Below, piece by piece: positions 49,801-62,397 of a stretch of 64,000 bases of DNA (its first letter is position 1; each line of letters starts with the position of its first letter). The notes beneath the pieces are model-generated. The model worked only from the letters and a program-made list of their open reading frames with translations. It was not told the DNA's origin and did not search any database. A program made the translations under genes and the position numbers. Source of the DNA: Macrostomum hystrix (lineage: Eukaryota > Animalia > Platyhelminthes); assembly GCA_950097015.1 (NCBI GenBank), contig CATNEN010000002.1:4154001-4218000 (forward strand), written 5' to 3'.

Positions 49801-51300
49801 AATGAACACCCTCTCAAACAAGTTCACGTGTACCAATCTGAACAGGTCAAAAGGCTAAGATCAGATGCAAACAAGCCATAAATATTCTTTAACTTTAGCT
49901 GGAGCCAGTGTGCTGACGGAGATGACAGGATAAGCTAATTAGTGAGCTTTTTTCCATTCAGATACTTTTGATGATAATCGAGCCATCAAAACCGATACTT
50001 TATTATAGAACAAGCTGGGCTGCTTATTTAGTAATCATGACATCTAGCAAACACGTAACAAGACTATTATAGTGTGATGGGACTTTCTATTTATCTACCT
50101 ATCCTTCAAGGTCTTGTTTAAGAGAAAAGAAATTAAAAAAAAGTTTTAGAAATAAACCACATTAAAACAGAGATTTATGTTGCGATTGAACACGTCATTT
50201 AATTTATTGACAGCTGCGTGTTTTGAGCATAAAGTGCATAAATAAAAACAACCATGCCAGTTGAGCATTGATGCCCGGTAACTTCTGTTTCGTACATGTA
50301 CTCAAAGTAATGTTTACTTGTGGCCTTTTTAATAGAATTTATTTAAAAAGCGGAGAACATGCGCGAACCAGAAGCTGCCATGCAGTCGTCATCAATGAAA
50401 AAAAGACTTAATTTTGCATACACGCTACTAACAGTAGCATGACTTGCAAAACCAATTTGAGACCGGGAGAGAAAAGTTACTAAGAAGCTAACCAATATTT
50501 TTTATTTTTAATTCCATTAATAAGGAAAATAAGAAAAAAACTAAAAGACACCTACCGGCGTACGTGCTCATCAGGTGAAATAGCTCACGAAGTGCAACTT
50601 GAGCAGCCCGCATTTTTGCCACCTTTTTATTACCGGCTTCGGCCTAAAATGAATGAATGATTTTATGTGAATCAATGCCGGAATGCCGGAGAATGAATAA
50701 AATTGCATACTAGCGAACGCTTTTTACCTTATAGGCATAGCCGTCTACAACACACTGCATCACAAACCGGGGCGTACAGCCCGGCACCTCTTTAGTTTCG
50801 GCCAGGTGAAAAGTCACACCGCCCGGACGGAGTTCGTTGATGATAGAGATAGGATTTTTTGTGGCCAAGTCGGCCTCACTAGGAACACTTTTTGATGCAC
50901 TGGACGTCGGTGGCGGAGGAGGAGGAGGCGGAGGCGGAGGAGTTTCAAGCCTGGGCATCTTAGCCGGATGAGAGCCATTGAAGTCAAGGTCAGGAATGGC
51001 TGCCAGCGGAGCGTGTCGCTTTGAACCCGCAGTGACTGGGGCGGCTGAGGGCCTAGCAGATGTGGCGGACTTGGCCAAGACGGCAGCCACGGCGAGTCGC
51101 GCCGCGTCCTGCTTAGCCAGCTGCTTGCTGCCGGCAGTAGCCAAAAATTCCCGACCATCAACGCGGCAGGCCATTGTGAACAGCGGCTGATGCGGCGGAC
51201 CGGTCTGCTTCACCAAGGCGTACACAACCTGACCCTGGCGCAACTCATTCAGCATTGTTATCGGCGTCTTCTCACCGAATCCGTTTAATTGAGCACTCAT
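43876..51300 (-). CDS. ADARB1: Double-stranded RNA-specific adenosine deaminase, ADAR2-like; exons 51300-50728, 50643-50552, 46750-46277, 44770-43876 (2034 nt, 677 aa)
   Basis: Two dsRBDs (KTPITMLNEL...SKQLAKQDAA; KNPISIINEL...NKKVAKMRAA); deaminase with TGTKC, DCHAE, SPCGDAR, KIECGEGT, SCSDK; junction phases 0, 2, 2 all match; in-frame stops upstream of ATG 51300. Confidence 0.95.
45825..46110. repeat. 22 bp tandem repeat (CCTGAGGATCTGAGTAGACACA) in ADAR intron 3
   Basis: Direct inspection. Confidence 0.94.
47207..47357 (-). mobile_element. tRNA-headed CORE-like SINE (family B) in ADAR intron 2
   Basis: Minus strand: TGGCCTAGTGG A box, GAGTTCGAATC B box, then cttcagttcacccagctg...aatgaggta CORE-like tail. 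Confidence 0.6.
47860..48660. repeat. 49-50 bp tandem repeat in ADAR intron 2
   Basis: CATCTTCTCAATGTTTATCGATG..CAAGTTTATGATTG.TGAAA, about 16 copies. Confidence 0.95.
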
Positions 51301-53249
51301 CGCTCAGTTCTAACCTCTTCTTGGCTTTTTTTTCAAAAGTTGACGTCTTGCGCAACACAACTGCAACTAAAAAATGTTAGCGCAAAAACTAGAAACAACA
51401 ATCTTAAAACTCGTGTTTCTTTACAATTCTATTGTTCGATTTTAGCCACCCTAAAACTAAAGGGGAAGCTCGGAGTCGGGTTGCTCAGAGGAGCAGGGCA
51501 GGGCACAGTAGAAATAAACAAGCCAGCTGACAAGCTGAGCACAGCAGAAGTTGAGCACAACAACCCAGGTTGAGAAGGCTGCAGTGCTAGCCCCTGCTGT
51601 GCCTCACTCTCGCTGGTGTTCCACATAAAATTATGAAACAAAAAATGCAGACAGTCTACAATCAAACCTGTCCAGATGCAGTCGGATGGTCTCGAGCTCG
51701 AGTCTTGGCCTGACCAGGGGCGGATTGGACTATGGGGGGCCTTCTATATATAGGCAAATTCTCAATGGCGTGGGCGCAGAGTGGGTTGGAATTGGGTGCC
51801 ACGAGGATTTCGTTTGAGTTCCTTTGAGCACAGAAGGAAGATATTGTAGCGAATTTGGGGCGCGTCTTACTCATGATTTCATGCTTTCTTGTCATGAATA
51901 AGTTTATTTTTCTAAGAAGCGGCACTTCGAAACGAGGCCATTTTTTGGGGGGGGGGGAAGACAGAAGCATAATTTTTTAACTCGGATGTTGCAAAAAGTT
52001 TAGGAAAAATGTTTGTGCAGGTAAAATAAGTTTCGGAAACGAATAAACTGATCAATATAAAACAGACATACCAAATAAAATGCCCAAACCTGCTCAAACA
52101 GTTTCTCAAATTTCCCAATGAACCAGTTTTCAGACACTCCAAATCAATATTAAGCGTTCCAGAAAAGCACTCGGGAAATTGGGAATAGTTAAGAGAAGAA
52201 TTAAAATAGCGAGACCCCCTCCGAAGACCTAGGAAAAATTCTAACAAAATAGAATCACTCCCAATAGCTGATTCAGCGAGGCAATTTTTAATCAACCAAG
52301 ATCTCGTTTAGATGTAGCGAAAAGAAGTTAAAATGATGTTTGATCTAGTTGGTCCCGACTTACAACAAAAGTCAGCTAGCATGGGTGAAATAGACATCTA
52401 TTTATCCTTATTTATCCTTACAGGTACAGGTAAATGTGTAATTATAAATAATGGCTAACGATAAAATAAATAATTTCCAACTCGAAGTGACTCACCGCAG
52501 GACAAATTGAATGTTATATTTTTGTCAAAGACAGACAGCTGTCTGAAATAATGATTATATTTATTATTAGCATCACCATTATTAGCAATATAGTTGTCTC
52601 ATCAATCATTGAGTTTATTATTACACATACTGTTGCCATGCCAACAGGGGCAGAAATCTGCCTATTAAAACAACAGTGTAAATAAAACACTAATAAACTA
52701 GAAATTCAATGCCCAATTAAACAAACATTTGTAAATCACTTGGTCAGGGTGATTGTACATGTAAAGCAGCTTGTCAATGAGACCTGGGCTATAAATTCAG
52801 AAGCAAGAGACAAGACTGTGCCATTGTTGCTTTTAAACTAGGAGACAAAACTAAACGGACGCGAGACAACGAGCGATATTCTATATACGGATAAAAAACT
52901 ACACTATTTGAAGCGCAAATGTAAGCAGACGAATTTCAAAGATTAGGCATAAACGTGTTAAAAAATTGTTTCGTAAAAAAATTTCATGACAAGATAATAT
53001 GCTGGGTGAGAACAGACAAAAAAATTACAGAGCTAATAATATAGACAGACACAGATGAACAATCAACAGGTCGCTTCTCTTTTACTAAAGCTAGACACTG
53101 AGAAGCTGCCCTAAAAATAAAACAAACAAACAAACAGGCGAAATTCTACCTCAGCCCTCACTGAATGACGCAGAAAAGATGCCGCATGTTCAGTGCCCAG
53201 ATCTGTGCACCTATAACTGATCGATTGAGGACTCAATGTGAGCAGATGC

Positions 53250-56200
53250 TCACCAGTTGCCAGCGACATCGCTAGTCCAGTCCTGATCAGTTGGCTTGTT
53301 GCCATCGTCGCGCCTCTCTCGCTTGGCATCGCCGCCGCCGAAGTCTTGAGCCTTGCGCTTGCCACCGCCGCCGCGGCCGAAGCCTCCGCTGACGCCTCCG
53401 CCGAAGCCGCCGCGTCCGAAGCCACCACCACCGCCGCTGCCGAATCCAGCGCTGAATCCGCCGCGTCCGCGCGCACCCTGACCGGCATTGCTGAATGGCC
53501 GACTATAGAAGCCGCCAGTTGAGGCGGCCGCGCCAACGCCGCCCCGGCCACCGCGGAATCCGCCGCCGCTATAGAAGGAGCCACCGGAGGCTGGAGCCGC
53601 AGCAACGCCGTAACGCGGCGCGGCGCCACGGAAGCTGCCAACAGCCGGGGCGCGCTGACCGCCCCAGGCGGTGCCGTAGCCGCCGAAGCCGGTGTACCCG
53701 GAGCCCCAGGCTGTGGCATTGTAGCCGCCCCAGGCTCCGCCAGCGGTGACTCCGCCGGCGCCCCAGCGAGCTCCACCGCGATTGGCCGGCCGGAAGGGGG
53801 CTCCAACGCTGCCAGCACCGGCGCCGCGGCTGTAGAAGCCGCCTCCAACAGTGGCGCCGCCGCTCTGTTCGCTCCACTTCTGGGCCTGGTGCTCCATCTT
53901 GCGCTGCTCACGCTTCTGCTTCACTTTGTCTGACACCGGCCTGGCAAGGCTGACCTCCAGCGAGCATTTGCCAAGACCCTGGAATCCGTTCATAGCGTCC
54001 AAAGCCTTCATGGCGTGGTCGCGCTCTTCAAAGTGCACGAATGCGTAATCCTTCATGCGCTTCACTTTCTCTACGGCGCCGTGGACGCCGAATTTCTCGC
54101 GCACCTGCGAATTATTATTTGGAAGTCATTATCGGAATGTTTGGTCTGACAATCGTAATGATTAGTCATGGAACTGACTATCGTAATGATTGGTCATGGA
54201 ACTGACTATCGTAATGATAGGTCATGGAACTGACTATCGTAATGATTGGTCATGGAACTGACTATCGTAATTATTGGTCATGGAACTGACTATCGTAATG
54301 ATTGGTCATGGAACTGACTATCGTAATGATTGGTCATGGAACTGACTATCGTAATGATTGGTCATGGAACTGACTATCGTAATGATAGGTCATGGAACTG
54401 ACAATTTTAATTATCAGTCATGGAACTGACAATCGAAATGATCGAACATGGAACTGACTATCTTTATCCTCACTTTATGCTCCTATCCAACAGTCTGGTG
54501 ACTGTTTTACAAACGCAACAGGCGCAGGTGTATGATCAGCTAAAACAAAATTAGCTTTAGCAAAGCTCATCGACTACCTTCAAAGAGAACCATTTTTATC
54601 GCTGCTGTGAGTCCGATTTTCAAGCTCTTGTGTGGGCGAGGACAATTTCAGTGGGACAAAAACCAGATGGGTACAAAGCTGATAGGAAGGCAATGAAAAA
54701 GAAAATATATATTTATCAGGGGCTGGAACGGGGATTTCAGGTGTGAGCCGGCGTTGTCAAAGGACAACGAAAACGAGGAAAGGAAATAATATCATTTTCT
54801 TTCGAAAATTGCTGCCATCAGGTCCAAGACCAATGTACGCAAGTGCCCCTTGAAGACGGTTCTTTTTTCTCTTACGGAAGCAAAATTATTAGAAGGCCAA
54901 GCAAAGGATTGTTCGGAACCGAAGTATCACATTAAGTAAGTGACAAGGGCCTTGCTTGGCCCATTATTTAGAACTTGGGACACTTGACCGAGGAATTTGT
55001 GTCCTTTAGCAAGTCATTTAATTCCTTATTGTATCAGTTGATCCAGCTGTAAAATATCCAGTCCACAGACTTAGCGGCTGACACTAGTGCTGTGAATCTG
55101 TTGTCTATTGTCAAGGAAAACAAAGCAGCCAGGTCTCACAGGTGAGCTCACCTGTTCCTCTGTGACATCGGAGCTGAGGTTCTTCACGTAGAGAATCTTC
55201 ACCTCGGACATGTTGACCTCCTCGTTATCGTCGATGGGGTCGGCCCAGTCGACGTAGATGTCGCTGTTGAAGACGCGGACGCCGCGGCGACCAATTTTCT
55301 TGCGCGCATTGGCCGCGTCGATGTGCGAGTCGAAGTGGAGAAAGCAGAAGCCGCGATTGCGGCGCTCCGTGTTTACATCGTCAGGCGTGGAATAGACGAT
55401 CACATCCTTGAGGTTGTCTAAAATTCATTTCGTTGTTAGGCCAACGGTTTGTGGCGGGGAGTTGTGTAAGAGATGTGTTTCTAGATGCTTAATGTTATAC
55501 CGATAATTATGTAAGTTCATTCAATTTGGTCCAAGTGATTTTAAAATATCGCGTGCAGCAAATAAAAGTACATAAATAAAAGTAAGACAGGAGAATCTGC
55601 ACATTATTGCATAATTGCACATACTGGGCTACCGACATTACATTGTGTTGTAATTTGTATATGATCAAGTATCAAACTCATTCCTGATCCATCAATTAAC
55701 CCATTCCTGATCCATCAATTAACCCATTCCTGATCCATCAATTGACCCATTCCTGATCCATCAATTGACCCATTCCTGATCTATCAAATGACCCATTCCT
55801 GATCCATCAATTGACTCATTCCTGGTCTATCAATTGACCCATTCCTGATCCATCAATTGACCCATTCCTGATCCATAAGTGACCATTTCCTGATCCATCA
55901 ATTGACTCATTTCTGATCTATTAATAGACCCATTCCTGGTCTATCAAGTGACCCATTCCTGATCTATCAAATGACCCATTCCTGATCCATCAATTGACCC
56001 ATTCCTGATCCATCAATTGACCCATTCCTGGTCTATCAATTGACCCATTCCTGATCTATCAAGTGACCCATTCCTGATCTATCACGTGACCCATTCCTGA
56101 TCTATCAAGTGACCCATTCATGATCTATCAAGTGACCCATTCCTGATCTATCACGTGACCCATTCCTGATCTATCACGTGACCCATTCCTGATCTATCAA

Positions 56201-59200
56201 GTGACCCATTCCTGATCTATCACGTGACCCATTCCTGATCTATCAAGTGTCCCGCTCCTGATCAATTAATAGTGACCCATTCCTGATCCATCAAGTGACC
56301 CACTCCTGATCAATTAATAGTGACCCATTCCTGATCAATTAATAGTGACCCATTCCTGATCAATTAATAGTGACCCATTCCTGATCAATTAATAGTGACC
56401 CATTCCTGATCAATTAATAGTGACCCACTCCTGATCAATTAATAGTGACCCATTCCTGATCTATGAAGTGGCCCATTCCTGATCTATCAAGTGGCCCATT
56501 CCTGATCTATCAAGTGACCCGCTCCTGATCAATTAATAGTGACCCATTTTCCTGATCTATCAATTGACCCATTCCTGATCTATCACGTGACCCATTCCTG
56601 ATCTATCAAGTTACCCGCTCCTGATCAATTAGTTAAGATATTCCTGATCTATCAACTAACCCATTCCTGTTTTATTAATGATTTAACAAGTGTACGCATT
56701 GAGATCATTACGATAACTGACTTCGAATACTTAGATTGACTTCATTAGAGAAACACTTGCAACAACAGTTTGATAAATATATGTGCAATTATGCAAAAAT
56801 TTACAAGAAAACTAAAACAAACATAAAAGCATAAGTAATATACAAAAACACACAATACTGGTAGAATTCAGAAGCGGAATTAGACGAATTCAAAATATAA
56901 TACGAGCTATGTTCATACAATTAGTAGTAATGACGAGTGTGAATGAATTTTCATCAAGTTTTAACATAACATGTCCTAAAAGTTTCTGCAGGCCAGTATA
57001 AAATTTACAATGGACTTCGGGCACTAGGGTACTAAAGAAAGTGGCAATACGCAAAAATACACACAAATTTTGATAGCCTAAATGATAAACAGACTACTAA
57101 TGAGTAGCCGGCATCGCACATATAATTATGTTTTTGATGGTAAGTGTAAAGTGTAAGTTAAACTGCCGTCCCTCGCACCTGATGCTGTATTTGGAGGCCA
57201 AAACATTAGCATTCCAGAAGGCAAAAGTCGACCAAGCCGAGCAGAACTAGTTTTATTTAGTTTGGCAAGACCGAATAAGACGTTTAGACAAATACATCAG
57301 AGTTTATTTTGGATGCAAGCCCGTTTCTTAGTAACAAATAAAAAGTCAATTTCGACATGAAAATTGCTGCAGGGATTAAAATTTAACTAAGGCTAGAACA
57401 TAAAATGTTGTTCAAAAGTTTTATTACTGCCTTTTCTCAAATATTTAGTCAAATTTTGACAGACAAATAGCAATGTACAGAATTTTGAATACAATTTGTA
57501 TTATTTACTATACAAACCAGTGAACAATATCGAATTTGAATATTTTGATAAGCATTGCTGCGTTTAAATTGTTTCTTTTTGTTCAGGAAATTAGATTTAA
57601 AATTGGCAAAGTTGAGTTTATGCACTAGTTTATAATCATATGATGATGAAAATAACAATGAGTATAGGAATTTTGTACCTGCCAATTTGGAGAATTCCTC
57701 CATAATTTCCTCTCTACTTTTCGTCTTTGGTATATTGCCAACGAACAGGCGCAGATTTGGAGTGGAAATGTTCACCTTGATTTTCTTTCCCGGGCGAATT
57801 TCATGGTCGTTGAGCTAGATTGAAAGTTGATGAAAAATATGAAAGGATTTCGGGCAGTAAATTTAGATTTCTTATTGTTTAAGTCTAAATAATAACTAAT
57901 TCGGCCTTGCCAGTATTGACTCGCTGACACCAGGTAAGTAAACAGCATTTATAGGCAGAATAATTACATTATAATCTTATTAGCATCATACAGGTACGAT
58001 TACAAAGTACTTTTTCTTAATCTAGCAAACTAGACAAAATCAGTGCGACTTCTACCAACAATGGCCCTCTCGCTATTCTGAAAAATTCCAGCTGCATAAA
58101 GCATTAATAAATAAATTTGTCATTTGAAAAACAAAGCATGATAAAATAAAATGCAAGCAAATTGAAATTGCAACAACAAGCCCTATTTTATTTATCCAAC
58201 TCTTATAATTCTTTACTTCTTTTTGTTCAAGCATCCTTTATAATAATAAAATTACTAGTAGTGTAAATTTTAAATACTTGAACTCGCATTCATACTACTT
58301 GCATTGAGTAGCACATTAAAGCATGATATTTACCATAGTTGATTAGCACAATTGACTAAGAAGTTAATAGAACCAAAACGCGATTATCCCACGCATAAAT
58401 TTATTATAGTCATTGCTAAAAGTCGCACTGACAAATCTAGATTTACTATTAACACAGAGCCCTAACTATTTGGAGCGAAAACGCATTAGTTATTACAGAG
58501 TATAGGAAAGCAAACTGCTTCACTTACCTTTTCAACCGCCATCCTAGCCGATTCCTTCTCTACAAAGCGGACAAAGGCGTAGCCCCTATTGTAGCCATTG
58601 TTGGGATCAACCATTATCCTCATTTCGTACAGGCTGCCAAGCTGTTCGCACAGTGGCACTAGCTCATCCTCGTAGACATCCTTGGGCAGTTTGCCAAGGA
58701 ACACCTCCGACTGGTGCGTGGGCGGCTCGCCGTCCCAATTGGATGGCGGTCCGTAGTGACGCTGGCCGCTGGTCACCTCGTGATGAAAACCGGTGCGCTC
58801 TAGGAGGGCCTGAAAATATTCGGTGAAGGTGGCCTTCTTTGCTTTCACTACAGAAACTTCACCAGTGGCCTAATGGTGTAGGTACCTATAAAGTTCTTAA
58901 GTGAGGTAAATATGTTTTCAGTTTCAGCTTTAATGCGACTGAAAGACCTAGATTCTGGAATGGCTGTGAAGCTCTGAAGGGTTGGTACTTGGGCCTGAAG
59001 TGGCGGGGAGAATCTGAATGATCAGACCGGAAGTGGCGGGGAGAATCTGAATGATCAGACTGGAAGTGGCGGGGAGAATCTGAATGATCAGACTGGAAGT
59101 GGCGGGGAGAATCTGAATGATCAGACCTGAAGTGGCGGGGAGAATCTGAATGATCAGACCGGAAGTGGCGGGGAGAATCTGAATGATCAGACCGGAAGTG

Positions 59201-60197
59201 GCGGGGAGAATCTGAATGATCAGACCGGAAGTGGCTGGGGGAATCTCAATGTTGTGTGGGCCGATAATGATCAAAGTTATGACAATGAAACCATTAAAAG
59301 AGCAAGCGATTAGCAAAACACAGGTAATAAATGTCACCTTAATCATAGCCTCATTCGGACCGTGACTAGGCTGCGCGTGACCGCCAGTCTTTGCCTCGTG
59401 CCAGACGCGCAAAATGGATACAAGGTGTGCCGATTTGTCTCGAATCTCGGACAGATCAGTCTCCGTGAACTCTTTAATGGCACTGTTAATCTGATCCTCA
59501 GGGAAGTCTTTCAGACAGGCTAGGGCCTCCTGACTAAGATCCCGGTAATTGATAACGCCAGTTGTGAACAAATTCTGGACTTCACTGGCCACAGCATCGG
59601 AAATGCCCCGCTTAGTAAGGCGACTGAAATCGTCGATTGAATCATCTTCATTTTCTTCCTGAGGCTGCTGATGCTTTTCAGTTTCCTCAGAAGCGGCCGG
59701 ATCTGTTTTAGTTTCACCAGCAACGGCCGCAGCTACTGGCGATGACACCGGAGCTGGGACAGCCTGAGCTGCAGGAGCAGCAGGTGTAGCATCAACAGCA
59801 ACGGCCGTAGCGGCTGGCGATGACACCGGAGCTGGGACAGCTTCAAGAGGAGCAGCAGGTGTACCAACAACAGCAGCGATCTCAGCGCTAGCCGGCTTTG
59901 GCGACGACGCCGCTTCAGCTAATGCCGTTATTTCTGATGGCGCAGCTTCAGCAGGCTCAGCTGGGACAGGCTCGGGCTCAGGTGCAGCTTGAGGCTGCTT
60001 GGGTACAGTGCTGGCCTCTTCAACCACAGCGGCACTAGGGGCATCAGCTGCTCCTGTAGCTGAGTTATCAGCACTGGCAAACTGAACTGGCTCTTGCTGC
60101 TGCTGCTGCTCTGGCTGCGCCTCCTGGCTAGTTGACAACTCCTGGCTACTGGTATCGCCAACCTCCTGGCTATCGTCAGCTGACACCGTGGACTCCT
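53250..60197 (-). CDS. SYNCRIP: hnRNP R/Q (SYNCRIP) family RNA-binding protein; exons 60197-59338, 58809-58528, 57814-57679, 55417-55152, 54104-53250; start codon on a further upstream exon (candidate 62060-62012)
   Basis: IK/ALLERTG...TSGQRHYGPP, RRM1 EVFLGKLP...NRGYAFV, RRM2 RLFVGNIPKTK...NRGFCFL, RRM3 KILYVKNL...KDYAFVHF, RGG-rich tail with KRK/KR; all junctions GT-AG and in phase. Confidence 0.93.
54160..54465. repeat. 28 bp tandem repeat in last hnRNP intron
   Basis: GATTGGTCATGGAACTGACTATCGTAAT, about 11 copies. Confidence 0.95.
54935..55050 (+). mobile_element. CORE-like SINE remnant
   Basis: gtgtcctttagcaagtcattt...cagttgatccagctgtaaaat resembles the bodies at 4330-4420 and 47207-47290. 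Confidence 0.45.
55675..56670. repeat. 23 bp minisatellite (GACCCATTCCTGATCTATCAAGT) in hnRNP intron
   Basis: Direct inspection. Confidence 0.96.
58990..59245. repeat. 33 bp tandem repeat in hnRNP intron
   Basis: GAAGTGGCGGGGAGAATCTGAATGATCAGACC(G/T), about 7 copies; explains the intronic LIIQILPATSG tail of ORF 58948-60186. Confidence 0.95.
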
Positions 60198-62011
60198 CTG
60201 GTAATGAACAAACGTCAAAATGCTACCTGAGATCATTTGTAAGTAGTTTGAAAGCAAAAATAGTGTTTGCCTTAGCATAAGCCTAAATCTAACCCTAATT
60301 CCCAAAAAACGAATGCTTGTCTTAAAAAAGAGATAATTATTATTAAAGCTGTTTCAAAAAATGTTTCATATTTCATATTCAAACAATAACAAGATTAAGA
60401 GTACTTGATGCAACATAACAAAACAGAAAAAACAAAGTGCTATAGGTTTAATATTTGGATCAATTCAATTGAACCTCTACTGGGTACTATTAGATCAACA
60501 GAGTAAGATTAAATTTTTTTTGCCAAATAACTGGCATGTCTAAATTAACTCTTAATCAAGTATAATAGATTTATAGGCCTAATAGATAGGCAAGGCATGC
60601 TGAGAGTAGACTGTACTACAAACTTTTTCTACTATTTCTGCCTCTAGCATTATGGGCAGAATCTAAAATGCCCTAACAAAGACTAAATCGAATATACATA
60701 CACTGTTCCCTATTTAAGCCAACACCTAAATGGACAAGTGACAAGGACAATACTACCTAATTGCACATCATACTTTATCTACCTTAACAGTAGAGATAGA
60801 ACAAATGGTCAGATTTATAGAAGGAAAGCTGAAACTGATTTGTAGGATTTATAAAGAGTCAAACAAGAAAATATTTGAGGCATTTTATAAATCATAAATG
60901 GTACACACTGTACACAAGGCAAAAATAACTATACAAACAAATGTTTTAATGCTCCCTAAGCCAATTAGTTTTAACTACTTGCTACATTAGCATCAATATA
61001 AGCAACTACATATTATAAAATGAATATAAGCTTTTCTTTGGATTTTTTAAAAAGATTGAACTGAGTAGAAATGAAATATATAAGCATTTTGCCTTTTTGA
61101 GAATGATAAGTTTGTTTTCATTGGTTATTGTAAGCAGCTATTACTTAAAAATTGATGTGGCCTTGATGTGGCCTAGAATTAGTTTCCACATATACTGGAT
61201 ACATTCCAGACTGATGGGCAGATTGGCTACATATAAAAATCATTATAATATTGATTTCTGTTATTTAATATTTTTTGCTTCTGTTTTATTTCTATTTGTT
61301 TACATTTGCATTTGTTCTTTTCTTATTTTGATTAGTATTGAAACATATTGTAAATATATTATAAGTTGTTATAATACTAGGATTTTTCTAAAAGTTCCCG
61401 AGCCAAAAAGTAGACTATAAATACACAAAGCAAGACCCAAACATTCTTTATTTCCAAACATTGCCAATGGTTGCATCTATGTAACTGAAGGGCATGCTGC
61501 CTAGCTGAAACAATAGAATTGCAAGCAACACAATCAACCAATAAAAGCTAAAGCCAGGAAAACTAAAACATTCTTTTTAAATGGCCATTTAAAATTCTGA
61601 ATAGGCCAATTTTTCTATGAATTATCCCATTAAAACCAACCATCAATAAAAAGGTTAATAACTCAAAGATTGACATTTTGAAAACAAAAAGTGATTAATA
61701 TTAATTCATAGCTAGTCTATTGTATATATATTATATTATATATACAATAAACTGAAAATGTGTGACTTAGTAAATATTTTGCTTGAATACACGTAAATTG
61801 TGTATATATTTATTTTGTTACAAAAATATTTTTTAATATACTGTAATTATTTTGTTTAAAGCATACATTTCATTGCTCTATTTATGACTTAGTTTGCTCT
61901 CATTTGCTCTCTTTTTCTCTCCCTTTTTCCTTTTCTTCACGTCTTCCTTTTTTGTCCCTTGGTCCCCCCTTTGATTTTTTTGCTCTTGGTCAATTGGTTT
62001 TTGCGACTTAC

Positions 62012-62060
62012 CTTGCTTGGCCCTCATTTCATCCAGCCGGTTCGGCCGGGTGTTGCGCAT
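62012..62060 (-). CDS. Candidate first coding exon of the hnRNP R/Q gene (MRNTRPNRLDEMRAKQ + G)
   Basis: Strong donor AAG|gtaagt at 62012/62011 in phase 1, matching the phase-1 acceptor at 60197; in-frame ATGs at 62060 and 62027. Confidence 0.4.
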
Positions 62061-62397
62061 GTATGGTTTAAAGTGAAACACTTTGGTATGAATATTGGAG
62101 CAGAATCAAGGAAAAAACCTCAACCTTGTTCAACATAGTTTGTATATAATACTCAGAAGTGTTCTTTCATTATTTAATAAACCATATGGAGACAAAGGCA
62201 ATCCTACACTTCCATTCGGTAAATTATTTTCACATTTGAATTCGTACCACTGAGTCAAATGACGTCGATTGGCAATGTGTCTATGGCCAAAAGTTTGAGC
62301 GAACAGAGTTTAAAGGGGTGTCAGTTTAAGGGAACTGTTGCTTGTGAGCTGCTTGTTTTATTGAGCTTCAATTTCTCATCTTTCTGTCTTCATTGCC

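Noticed and set aside
51429-51665. Possible upstream coding exon of ADAR
   Set aside because: In-frame stops lie between the acceptor and ATG 51300, and there is no convincing donor; it could still be a non-coding exon
58948-59337. C-terminal LIIQILPATSG repeats of ORF 58948-60186
   Set aside because: Read-through into the intron beyond the AAG|gtgaca donor at 59338; it is a 33-bp intronic repeat
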